Shown: positions 22,307 through 31,024 of the stretch, piece by piece
Numbering within the stretch: position 1 is the stretch's first letter
Layout: each line of letters begins with the position of its first letter
IMG/VR virus record: IMGVR_UViG_3300029171_000021
Coordinates: 1-40,196 of that record
Direction: 5' to 3' (one strand)
DNA: 40,196 bases
Source: a virus
Position numbers and translations under genes: made by a program
Notes under the pieces: model-generated
What the model was told of the DNA's origin: nothing
What the model saw: the letters and a program-made list of their open reading frames with translations, nothing else
Databases searched by the model: none

Positions 22307-22663
22307 ATGAAACAAACAACAATAGTAATTGACAACTTTAAGCCTGTATCTGTTAACCACTCCTACAGCCAGAATCATGGTAGACGCTACCTTGATCCAA
22401 GAGCACAGGAAGCTAAGGAGGTTATGGCTTGGGCTGCAAAAGCAGCCTGCAAGCATACTCCTATAGATACAGCAGTAGAGGTTGTTATTACTCTTGTATT
22501 TCCAAATAAACAGCGAAGAGACCTTGACAATTATGTCAAGCTTATTCTCGATTCGCTTACTGGAATTTGTTTCATAGATGACAGCCAGATAACAGACTTA
22601 ACTGTTATGAAGAGATTCCAGAAGAATCCAGCTGTCACGATAGAAGTAAATGAATTAGGCTAG
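22307..22663 (+). CDS. rusA: RusA-family Holliday junction resolvase (118 aa)
   Basis: QRRDLDNYVKLILDSLTGICFIDDSQI matches the RusA signature (D-x-D-N-x-x-K-x-x-x-D-x-L ... DD-x-x-I). Confidence 0.75.
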   Translation: MKQTTIVIDNFKPVSVNHSYSQNHGRRYLDPRAQEAKEVMAWAAKAACKHTPIDTAVEVVITLVFPNKQRRDLDNYVKLILDSLTGICFIDDSQITDLTVMKRFQKNPAVTIEVNELG

Positions 22664-23287
22664 AGAGCGCACATATTCCATTACACCGTGTGCTATAGCT
22701 TCTGCAGCCCTGTCAATATTGGCTTGGATAGTAGAAGCATCGCCAAAATTTGATATAAAGCCTGTCTCAACTACATTGTATGGGCAAAGTGCATCATCAA
22801 TGTATAGACGGCCAAAACGACTGTTCTTTGAATCATTGATAGCACGAGGTCTTAGAGGAATAATATTATAGCTTGTCCATGATCTTATAAGAGATTCTGC
22901 AAGGTTGATAGTCCCTTTGACCAGTCCATTCTTCTGATGCCAGACTTCATGGCCATGAGGTTGAGAAGTGATGCTACTATTCATGTGGATAGCAATACCA
23001 AGACACCTGTTAGGAGATAATCTATTTTCTCTGATAACGGTGTTGACGAAGTGCATTTTCTTACGAATATTGGCTTCAGTTTCTACACCTACACCCTGAA
23101 TTGTCACACCCTTCAGTTCTTCGCTAGACTTGCTCTGTAGAATGGATATAACACGATTTGCGAGACGCACAGCGAAGTCACGCTCTTTATAGAGCTGAGC
23201 ACCGTGCCACTTGCAAGCTCCTGGATCAGTTAAGCCAGTGAGTCCTTTGCCGTGTCCTGCTTCAATGAATATTGCTTGAATAGACAT
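22655..23287 (-). CDS. N-acetylmuramoyl-L-alanine amidase (Amidase_3) endolysin (210 aa)
   Basis: IFIEAGHGKG...DPGA ... YKERDF ... IAIHMNS ... VVETGFISN match the Amidase_3 zinc-amidase pattern. Start trimmed to ATG 23287 (MSIQAIF...). The 3' end overlaps the rusA 3' end by 9 nt. Confidence 0.8.
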   Translation of the reverse strand: MSIQAIFIEAGHGKGLTGLTDPGACKWHGAQLYKERDFAVRLANRVISILQSKSSEELKGVTIQGVGVETEANIRKKMHFVNTVIRENRLSPNRCLGIAIHMNSSITSQPHGHEVWHQKNGLVKGTINLAESLIRSWTSYNIIPLRPRAINDSKNSRFGRLYIDDALCPYNVVETGFISNFGDASTIQANIDRAAEAIAHGVMEYVRSLA

Positions 23288-23321
23288 AATTGTATTTTTA
23301 TATAATAAAAACGAACTAACT

Positions 23322-23645
23322 ATGATACCAGCTGAGAAATTAATCAATCATTCTGTCGCTCCTGTCGCCGTGAAGCTCACAAGAGCCGAGGCCAGAAGAA
23401 TCAAGAACCGTTCTGCAGCAGACAAACTTGCAAACAGTGTGCGTAAGACCCCTGTGCGTCAATACATCGTGAAGCACAACAAACAGTTCAGACTTGTCAC
23501 TCAGTACAGGCTTGTGGGCAAGAATTGCTTTCACAGCGAGATTGGCAGGGTGGTGGATTCGAGTGAAGTGGAAATAGATCCAGTGACCAAGAGACCTCAA
23601 TTTATTAATCAAAAATCTAATGAAATACTTGGAAAGAATAACTAG
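23322..23645 (+). CDS. Hypothetical basic protein (107 aa) on the opposite strand to its neighbours
   Basis: Preceded by an aaaacgaactaact leader like other + strand genes. Codon position 1 is roughly 70% purine by eye, against roughly 50% for the competing antisense ORF 23340..23687, which is also unusually His/Cys/Leu rich. The choice between strands is not secure. Confidence 0.4.
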   Translation: MIPAEKLINHSVAPVAVKLTRAEARRIKNRSAADKLANSVRKTPVRQYIVKHNKQFRLVTQYRLVGKNCFHSEIGRVVDSSEVEIDPVTKRPQFINQKSNEILGKNN

Positions 23646-23650
23646 TAATA

Positions 23651-23770
23651 TGCCTATTGCCATGATGAAAATCGTTGGATATGTCATTATTATTGGTAGT
23701 ATTTTAATGTATGTAGCAGCATTCGTAATTCTCCTTGCATTATTTAAATGGGCTTGGGCGTTCGTGTTTT
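23651..23770 (+). CDS. Possible small membrane protein (39 aa)
   Basis: Hand-translated: MPIAMMKIVGYVIIIGSILMYVAAFVILLALFKWAWAFVF. Begins 5 nt after the previous + ORF, and its stop lies inside a hairpin (23756..23782). Confidence 0.3.
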
Positions 23771-23860
23771 AAACAAACGCCCTAAGAGTGCTTTAGCACA
23801 TCTTTCCACCGCCTTTACCCTTCTTTTTCTTTGCCATAGCTTATAGCTTGTTAAAGAGTA

Positions 23861-25882
23861 TTATTTATTGTATACAGCCTTTCTTGCTCCCATAGAGAAT
23901 AGCTGAGCAAGAGCGTTCATAGCAGCATCGCTTATAGGCTTCTTGGCTGACTCTGCAGCTTTCTTGACTGCTGCCTTAGGTGTAGCTTTCAATAAATTCA
24001 CAAGAGCATCACTCTTGACTTTAGCTGCATTTCCAGATAGGATCTCAGTTATTTGCTTAGCAGCCTGAGCGCCTTCTAGCATATTCATTCCAGCACCCAC
24101 TCCTGGGATTAGTCTTGCAATAGAGGAAATAGCTCCCTTTGTGCTTCCTTCTAATGAGCGAGGATTGACAGCGCCAGTAGCACGAGCTGCAATATTAGCC
24201 AGAATAGCCTTTTGATTTAGATCTCCTGGACTCTGTAAGCCATATTGTTCTGCTATCTTCTTTATGGCGTCTACGCCCTGTTGAGATTTACGTGGAGCAT
24301 TGCCAAGTAATTTACTGAGCATCTGATCACCTGCATAAGTCACCTCTCCATTTCCTAGTGGCACTTTTGCTGCGCCCTTAACTTTGTTGAGGAGCTTGAC
24401 CAGATTGGCAAAGTCTGCCTTTGCTGACTTGAATTCAGGCGCTACAGTTCCAACAGCTTCATCAATTAATCCTTTGGATTTGCTCAACAGGGCATTAGCT
24501 TCTGAGGACTTGAAGCCAGAAGATTTTAGTAGGCCTGTTAATTCGTTGATCTGACCTGTACGAGCTTCTAGATCACGAGCGTTAATATTCTTATGCTTCA
24601 ATAAGTCAAAGATATCTTGGAATTGCTTCTGTGCAGCTGTGTTAGCTTTAATACGGCTACTAGAGAAGTCCAGAGTTCCATCAGGAAGTATCTTAGCATT
24701 AAGATCTTCACGTAGCATTCTCTGAAGAGCATTCTTCTGATCTTGTGCTGTCTTGATAGACAAATCACCAAGACCCTTTCGCATCTCTCCTATAGCACTA
24801 CCTTTCTTCTTTAATACATCTTGAGCCTGTGGAATAAAGTCTTCCACGCCTTGCCCTGCAGCCTTGAATGGATCAGGAGCACCATAATTAGTGGCGTTCT
24901 GTTTGGCTTGTTCCATAAGTTTAATAAAATCATCTTGCTGAGAAGCAGGAAGCTCTTTGATGTAGTTGATATCACGTTCCTCTATGCCAAGTGACTTGGC
25001 CTTCTCAATTGCCTTTTCAAAAGATTTGGCTTGTGTTTCGGCTAACTTGACTTCTTTGGCCTTGTTCAGTTTGTTGCCGATTAAGCCAGTAACACCAGTG
25101 ACTAGACCTGCAAGAGCACCTTCAGTTAAGCCACGAGTGGCAATATCTTGAAAGGTAGATTCTTGTTTCTGCATCTCTTTACCTGAGCCTTGTAGCAAGC
25201 CTTGCAGTGCAGCTTTACCAACTTTGGGCAGAAGTTTGACGCCTTTGCCTACTGGGATAAGAGTAGCTCCAAAATCAATAGCAGTACCTGCTGTATTCTT
25301 AGCATCTTTCTGAGGATTGATTTCACCTAATCCCCAAATGTCAGCAGATTCGTTTCTTTGCTTTTCGCCTTCTTTCATGAAGGCATCATAGTTAAGCAAA
25401 TTTGGCACTTGCCTGATAGATTGTAAGCCTCCATAACCTGCCATGGCAGTGGCCTTGACGGCTGGCTTTACAGCATATTCCATAGCTCCTTGCCCTACTG
25501 TCTGAGCAGCACCGCTAGCAAAATCACCAACAGCACCAGCTGTGTTTTTCATGACTTCCAATTCAGAAGGAAGTAGATTACTTCCTGATACAGCCTTAGA
25601 GAGCCTATTGACATTGGCCACTGGATCAAGTACATCACCTGTTACTTTTAGGGCTTGTCCTGGTAGTGCAAGAGCGCTATTAGCAATATCGCCTGCTTGC
25701 TCATACCAAGGCTTTCCTTGCTGAGCTTGCATTTCGCTCTTAGGAATAGGCTGTGGTTCAGGTGGTGAGATTCCTTCAATGGTGTAACCTTTGGCCATCA
25801 GCTTGCGCACGGCATCAACTTTCTGCTGGTCAGTCATGCCAGCAGTTGTTCTTTGGAGTTGGTCTTTAGTGATTAGAGCCAT
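23861..25882 (-). CDS. Large virion protein, internal/ejection-protein-like (673 aa)
   Basis: Ala/Gly/Lys-rich, largely helical composition. Start overlaps the stop of the 945-aa gene (TAATG). Last large gene of the structural block, as in podovirus internal-protein sets. Call is positional. Confidence 0.5.
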   Translation of the reverse strand: MALITKDQLQRTTAGMTDQQKVDAVRKLMAKGYTIEGISPPEPQPIPKSEMQAQQGKPWYEQAGDIANSALALPGQALKVTGDVLDPVANVNRLSKAVSGSNLLPSELEVMKNTAGAVGDFASGAAQTVGQGAMEYAVKPAVKATAMAGYGGLQSIRQVPNLLNYDAFMKEGEKQRNESADIWGLGEINPQKDAKNTAGTAIDFGATLIPVGKGVKLLPKVGKAALQGLLQGSGKEMQKQESTFQDIATRGLTEGALAGLVTGVTGLIGNKLNKAKEVKLAETQAKSFEKAIEKAKSLGIEERDINYIKELPASQQDDFIKLMEQAKQNATNYGAPDPFKAAGQGVEDFIPQAQDVLKKKGSAIGEMRKGLGDLSIKTAQDQKNALQRMLREDLNAKILPDGTLDFSSSRIKANTAAQKQFQDIFDLLKHKNINARDLEARTGQINELTGLLKSSGFKSSEANALLSKSKGLIDEAVGTVAPEFKSAKADFANLVKLLNKVKGAAKVPLGNGEVTYAGDQMLSKLLGNAPRKSQQGVDAIKKIAEQYGLQSPGDLNQKAILANIAARATGAVNPRSLEGSTKGAISSIARLIPGVGAGMNMLEGAQAAKQITEILSGNAAKVKSDALVNLLKATPKAAVKKAAESAKKPISDAAMNALAQLFSMGARKAVYNK

Positions 25883-28719
25883 TATTTCAAAGCGTTAAGA
25901 ATTTCATCATCTGTTACCTGTGGAGCAGCGGTAGCACTAGAACTTGAACCGCCACCAGCTGCAAGAGCGTTACGAATAGTAAGAAGTGTCTGTAAACCTT
26001 TCACTGTAGTGTTGGCTGCAGACTTGCCCCATGTGGTGAGGTTTTCCATTGATTGCTTCTGCTGTTCAGGAGTCTTGACATATCCTATCTGGTCAAGAGC
26101 GCTGTTCATCGCATCAAGGCTGTCAAAGCGACCGTTAGTAATATTGTATACCTTGTCATTGAGTTGTCTAGTTGCTCTTGTGGAGAGTTCATCAATTAAG
26201 ATTTCATTCTCGTTAGGAGAGGTGTTGAATTTATCTGATTGCCATGGCTTGTCAAGAGAAGGGAACTGTTGCATCAAGTTGGCTCTTTCTGAATCAGATA
26301 TAGCAGCGCCAGATATAGCTTTAGCATAGTTGGCAAAAGCATTATTGATTCTGGCTTCCAGCCTAATAGCATCTTCTGGCCTCTTCTGCTTCATCTTCTT
26401 CATTATTTCGTTCATAGTACCTTCTACTAGACCAGACTTCTGGCCTGCTTCCTTGAAGGCTGCCAGAGCGTCTTTAACTTCTTGATAGTCTTTGTTCAAA
26501 CTCTTCGCATCATTCAGATCACTCTTGACTGTGGCAGATTGTTTGCCGATAATAGCATTGTAGGCCAACTGTCTGGCTGTCTTGCCATCGCCTTTAGCTA
26601 GAGTGTCATAGAATTCCTTCTTGTTTCTGGCAAGAGCCTTGCCACCTTCTGCATCGCCATAAGCGGAAGTGAAAGCTGCATCTACCCAAGAAGTATCTAC
26701 TCCATCAGGAGCATTGAAAGTAGGATTATCTTTGTTTTCAAAATATGTCTTGACAGCATCTTCAGTTATTCCCTGCTGAGCAAGTAAACGCTTCTCTTTG
26801 ACGTCCATTTTCTTATAATCATCATAAGAGATAACGAAATTATCCATTATGGAATTAGAGGTGTTGTTGTTCGTAGTACCACCGTCAGTGCCACCGACAT
26901 TAGGAGTCAGCATTGGCTGGCCTCCATCTGTTTTACCGTTAAGGGGTAAGCGAGCATAGCCGTAGATTTTCTTGTCATTTATACTAACATTCCAGCCGTG
27001 TCTCACTACGCCAGCACCAACATAGTTAGCATCTGTTAGGATAAGATTACCGTCTTTGCCCATTCCTTCAACAATAGCCTTGTGAGGAATATTCTTGTCT
27101 CCTGTATCCATGAACACTACATCGCCTACCTGAGGGGCATAGGCTCCAGGCTTACCACCATAATTCTTGATAAGCATATCTGCATTTGCAAAGTCACTGC
27201 CTAGCATTCTACTAGCAAGGAATTGATCATTAATATACTCTCCACATTGGAGCTTGCCGTATTTTGGTGAAGGGTAAGATTTGCCGTTTACCAGAGCGCT
27301 AGAGATTACATTATTAATTCCAAGTCTCATATTAAGAGACGAGAGAGTACTTTGGCTAAAATCACCACTCTGATAATTTCCTAGTGCGTTTTGAAAAGCA
27401 ATAAGATCAGGATCACGATAAGTAATTTGCTGGCCGTTAGTGCCAAGTATAGCTCTTCCATTGGAGTCAACTAAATGTCCAAATTGTTTTGAAAGTGTTT
27501 CGTCATATTGGCCTACAAAAGGCTTAGGCTGGCCACCTTCTGGAATTCCAATAGGTTGACCGTACTTGTTAGCATAGTAGCCAAGTGCAGTAGATTGTGA
27601 GAGGTCAAATGTTTCCTTCTCAAGTTTTTCCTTCTCAAGAGCCTTCTTCTCAACATATAATCCATCAACAGCTGTAGAGATTCTGTCTGCATGTTCTTGA
27701 TCAATTGTATCAAGCTTATTGTAGTATTCCTTGACAGCATCTCTTGCAGCCTGCTTCTTCTCTTGAGCAGACATGAGCACTTGCTCATCAATGCTGGTGA
27801 GTTCTTTGTTGAGAGTGGAGAGGGTAGTAAGAGCGGAAGTCTTTCTATCCATCTCGATAGATTTTAGAGCAGTGGAGTAACTTTTCTCAATTTCTATTGC
27901 CTTGAAGGCGAATTCAGCCTTGCCAATAGCAGTAGAGGCACGAAGATCATCAAGACCTGCTTGTGCTCTTTCCTTTTGTTTCAAAATAGTTGTGAGGCCT
28001 TCACTTCCGAAAGCAGCGCCAAGCTGAGCGCCTACGGCTCTACGTACAGCCAGCTCATTTTCATCATTTGACTGTAGTCTGGATCTCTCAGCTTTGTCCA
28101 TGTCCAGAGAGTACTGAGCTTGCGCTTGTTCATTCTGGAATTTGGTCTTCTGATATTCCTGTTCAGATATAGCCTTCTGGACTTCTGCAGAATCATTGTT
28201 GATCTGAAGGGCTTGATTAGCCAGATCAGTCTTCTTGGCCTTGATATCGCCATACATGGACTCCACCATCTTCTGTTCATCGGCAAGATCTTTCTGAACA
28301 AATTGGTTGTATCCTGTTGCTCTCTCAGTAGCAGCCTTATCAGCTTGCTCTTGAGGAGTAAGTACAGCCTTCATCTTGTTGATCTGATCCTGAGTAATGC
28401 CACTAGCCAGTAATTGAGTCTCATCGAATCCCTTATATTGAGCAGCAGAAGACAGAGCCTCGCTAGTAGCTGTAGGGATAGGAGTAGCAGGAGCAGAAGG
28501 GGCTACAGTCTTTGGAGCTGGGGTTGATGTAGGAGTTGGTGAAGGTGCAGCCGTTGGAGTAGGTGTAGGAGTGGGCTTGGTAGGAGCAGGGGCTACAGTA
28601 GGCTTAGGAGCTGTAGGAGTGGGAGCAGTTCCATAATTTGCCCCTGTCGCTTTTGCGAGCGCATCAAGTTCAGCCTGTCTTTGGGCTTGTGTTTTTTGTG
28701 ATAATAATTGCTCAGCCAT
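25882..28719 (-). CDS. Very large virion protein with Pro/Thr-rich linker, coiled-coil region and CHAP/NlpC-P60-like peptidoglycan peptidase domain (945 aa)
   Basis: KYGKLQCGEYINDQF ... QVGDVVFMDTGDKNIPHKAIVEGM ... fits the CHAP pattern (C ... GD-x-v ... H-x-a-i-V). The Cys codon is at 27244..27246 and the domain spans roughly 26950..27290. N-terminal PTPTAPKPTVAPAPTKPTPTPTPTAAPSPTPTSTPAP is encoded at about 28465..28623. Confidence 0.7.
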   Translation of the reverse strand: MAEQLLSQKTQAQRQAELDALAKATGANYGTAPTPTAPKPTVAPAPTKPTPTPTPTAAPSPTPTSTPAPKTVAPSAPATPIPTATSEALSSAAQYKGFDETQLLASGITQDQINKMKAVLTPQEQADKAATERATGYNQFVQKDLADEQKMVESMYGDIKAKKTDLANQALQINNDSAEVQKAISEQEYQKTKFQNEQAQAQYSLDMDKAERSRLQSNDENELAVRRAVGAQLGAAFGSEGLTTILKQKERAQAGLDDLRASTAIGKAEFAFKAIEIEKSYSTALKSIEMDRKTSALTTLSTLNKELTSIDEQVLMSAQEKKQAARDAVKEYYNKLDTIDQEHADRISTAVDGLYVEKKALEKEKLEKETFDLSQSTALGYYANKYGQPIGIPEGGQPKPFVGQYDETLSKQFGHLVDSNGRAILGTNGQQITYRDPDLIAFQNALGNYQSGDFSQSTLSSLNMRLGINNVISSALVNGKSYPSPKYGKLQCGEYINDQFLASRMLGSDFANADMLIKNYGGKPGAYAPQVGDVVFMDTGDKNIPHKAIVEGMGKDGNLILTDANYVGAGVVRHGWNVSINDKKIYGYARLPLNGKTDGGQPMLTPNVGGTDGGTTNNNTSNSIMDNFVISYDDYKKMDVKEKRLLAQQGITEDAVKTYFENKDNPTFNAPDGVDTSWVDAAFTSAYGDAEGGKALARNKKEFYDTLAKGDGKTARQLAYNAIIGKQSATVKSDLNDAKSLNKDYQEVKDALAAFKEAGQKSGLVEGTMNEIMKKMKQKRPEDAIRLEARINNAFANYAKAISGAAISDSERANLMQQFPSLDKPWQSDKFNTSPNENEILIDELSTRATRQLNDKVYNITNGRFDSLDAMNSALDQIGYVKTPEQQKQSMENLTTWGKSAANTTVKGLQTLLTIRNALAAGGGSSSSATAAPQVTDDEILNALK
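28465..28623 (-). repeat. Low-complexity Pro/Thr/Ala-coding tract inside the 945-aa gene
   Basis: The + strand shows reiterated ggagt/ggagc/aggag units. Translation is about 50 residues of P/T/A/S/K only. Confidence 0.8.
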
Positions 28720-28730
28720 GGAGATTTATT

Positions 28731-29078
28731 TTAGAGTAGATTTGCGAATTCTTCTTGTTCTGCTAATGTAGCAGTACCGAGAGTTACTTTTTTGATAAGT
28801 TCAAACTTTCTATTTCTGGTATCGACAGCAGACTGTTCGAGAGCCTTAACCGCTTCTTCTTGTTTCTCTTTTCTGTCAGAAGGCTTAGTAGTAACAACGC
28901 CTTCAATGATTTCCCAGTCTTTTGTTCCTTCTTCCACGGCTAACTTGTCCTCTAGACTTACTTCGAAGGGAAAACTAGAATAGGAATTAACAGAGCCGTC
29001 CTCTTCTGTTACAAGCTCAGTAAGAGGCCAATTGGCTGATGTGACGCCCGTAGGCTTTTGTAAAAAGTGTAGTATCAT
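28731..29078 (-). CDS. Hypothetical virion-module protein (115 aa)
   Basis: ATG at 29078, 1 nt after the stop of the upstream gene. Acidic. No motif recognised. Confidence 0.5.
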   Translation of the reverse strand: MILHFLQKPTGVTSANWPLTELVTEEDGSVNSYSSFPFEVSLEDKLAVEEGTKDWEIIEGVVTTKPSDRKEKQEEAVKALEQSAVDTRNRKFELIKKVTLGTATLAEQEEFANLL

Positions 29079-29079
29079 A

Positions 29080-31005
29080 TTAGGCTATGGCTAAGAATTT
29101 AAGGACTAGTGTTTCACTATTACCAGTAGTTACATTTCTGTTAAAGTACACACTGTTGTTTGTCATGTACATAGAGGCAATCAGGGAAGGAGGATATGGA
29201 CTAGTTGTATTGCCAATTATCTGTCCATTAGAAGTAAGAGTAGAAAGACAATATCTTGTTACTGGGCCAGTTGCTTGCACGGTAGCGAGAGACGAACCAT
29301 ATTCCATATGGCTCTTCTGATTGCTCTGTCCAAAGGCAAAACCACCTGAGGCTAGAGTAGCCTCCCAAACAATTAACGAAGGGGCAAAGCCTAGTATAAA
29401 TTGAGTTGTTACATTCTCTGCTCCTGCTGCCATCACAAGATTAGCAGTTCCATAAATACTTCTCATTCTAGGTGACAATACAATCTGTGTAGTGCTAAGA
29501 GCTAAACCGATTTCATAAGGATAAGTGCCAGCTGTTAATTCAAGGCCACCTGCTGTATCACTGAGATATACAGGCTCTCCTGCTATGCCTCTGAATTTCA
29601 TGGAGAAGTATCTATCAAAAGTCGCTTCTGCTGTCCAAGATGAACCAGAGTTAGCAGAAGTGACAGAAGTTCCACCAGCGTAGACATCTGTGTTTTGGTA
29701 GTTCCAAGTAATATAAGCAGCACCAGATACACCTGCTCCTGGATCAAGAATAATAGCGTATTGAGTTCCTGGAGTTATGGAGACTGGAACTGTGAAAGTA
29801 AATTCATTTGTTCCTGTGGCAATAGAAGAATAAGCCAGTGTTGCAGTTCCTAGATCACCACCAATAGGAAGTCCAGCAGACACGGCTCTGATACGGATAG
29901 TGGCATTGCCAGTAGGCGCTCCTGTCTTTGTAAGATACAGAGTTACAGCGCCCAGATTGTCTTCTCCTGCAAGAGCGCCAGCAGTAAATACTTGTGCTCT
30001 CCACTTGGTAGAGGCATCTTGAGCATCTGTGGCCGTGTTCTGTGTGGTGTTAGTAGGAGTTCCAGCCCATAATCTGCATTTAGCTCTTTGAGTCAAGGTG
30101 AACGCATTTACTGTAGCAACAATTCCAGTAGGCACGAATTGGATTGCATCTCCTGCATTGCCAGCGTTCTTTGCAATTCCAGCAAAGAGCCATTCAACAT
30201 TCATTCCTGGATCGTTTGAATCTGCTAATCCTAATCTAGTATTGCCATTGAATGCAACAGCTTGCTTATTGGCAATGGTTACATCGGCCACGCCTGCTGT
30301 AGAGAGTTCAGCAACAGCTGGCATATTAGCGGTAACGAAGGCTACACCGTTAGTTGTTCTTAGTGGATCAAGCGCAAGATTAAGCCTCTCATCTCCACCA
30401 CCACTTGTAATGGATTTGACAAGCGCTTCGCTGACCGTGATTTTAGTATTTAAAAAGCCCTCAGTTGTATCTGCCACGCTGACCTTGGCTTTGTCATTAG
30501 AACCTGCAAGGGAAGCGAGTTGAGAGAGGCTCTTCTGAGATTGGCTAGCTGAACGGAAATAGAGTTCGGTTCCATCTGAATAGATCCACTGATTGGCATT
30601 GCTGAAGAAGAACTTATTGCTGCCACTAATTGTCTGAGCAGCAGAGAAAGTATTTGCCCTATCAGTATTGGCCTTTTTATTATAAAGAGCGTGGTAATTC
30701 GAGAGTTCCACTACACAAGCGCCACCAGAATGTTGACTGCCAGTTCCACTACCTGAGAAGTCGTTGAGAGTCAGGGTGAGGTCACGGACAACATCAACAA
30801 GGGTAGTAACGCCTGCACTAACGACTGTACCACCAAAAGATATAAACTCTTCACGAGTAGTATCAGGATCAAAGCGTAGAACGCCTGACGTAATTGCAAG
30901 GGCATAGTTGAGTTTGATGTTAGTGGTTTGTGTTGGAGAAATGGTACTCTTGAGAGTAGTCTTGACTCCTGATTCCACGTCATAGCTTGTAGAGAGTACA
31001 GCCAT
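29080..31005 (-). CDS. Tail fibre/tailspike-like structural protein (641 aa)
   Basis: Thr/Ser/Gly/Ala-rich beta-type composition typical of receptor-binding or tail proteins, located in the tail module. No specific motif. Confidence 0.5.
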   Translation of the reverse strand: MAVLSTSYDVESGVKTTLKSTISPTQTTNIKLNYALAITSGVLRFDPDTTREEFISFGGTVVSAGVTTLVDVVRDLTLTLNDFSGSGTGSQHSGGACVVELSNYHALYNKKANTDRANTFSAAQTISGSNKFFFSNANQWIYSDGTELYFRSASQSQKSLSQLASLAGSNDKAKVSVADTTEGFLNTKITVSEALVKSITSGGGDERLNLALDPLRTTNGVAFVTANMPAVAELSTAGVADVTIANKQAVAFNGNTRLGLADSNDPGMNVEWLFAGIAKNAGNAGDAIQFVPTGIVATVNAFTLTQRAKCRLWAGTPTNTTQNTATDAQDASTKWRAQVFTAGALAGEDNLGAVTLYLTKTGAPTGNATIRIRAVSAGLPIGGDLGTATLAYSSIATGTNEFTFTVPVSITPGTQYAIILDPGAGVSGAAYITWNYQNTDVYAGGTSVTSANSGSSWTAEATFDRYFSMKFRGIAGEPVYLSDTAGGLELTAGTYPYEIGLALSTTQIVLSPRMRSIYGTANLVMAAGAENVTTQFILGFAPSLIVWEATLASGGFAFGQSNQKSHMEYGSSLATVQATGPVTRYCLSTLTSNGQIIGNTTSPYPPSLIASMYMTNNSVYFNRNVTTGNSETLVLKFLAIA

Positions 31006-31024
31006 TGTATTATTGAGTTATAAA

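Noticed and set aside
23340-23687. 115-aa - strand ORF with an N-terminal TM helix just upstream of the endolysin (holin candidate)
   Set aside because: Not firmly rejected, but disfavoured. Its composition is unusually rich in His, Cys and Leu. It lies exactly antisense (shared codon position 2) to a + strand ORF with better purine bias at codon position 1 and a typical leader. Kept as an alternative in the findings.
23790-23845. Tiny - strand ORF MAKKKKGKGGGKMC after the 673-aa gene
   Set aside because: It is only 14 codons with no supporting context. Not reportable as a gene from sequence alone.
25882-28719. Interpreting the 945-aa coiled-coil protein as a siphovirus tape measure protein
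   Set aside because: No major tail, tail-tube or chaperone-frameshift genes precede it. It sits at the distal end of the structural block next to another large Ala/Gly-rich protein, which fits a podovirus internal-protein layout better. Left open in the findings.
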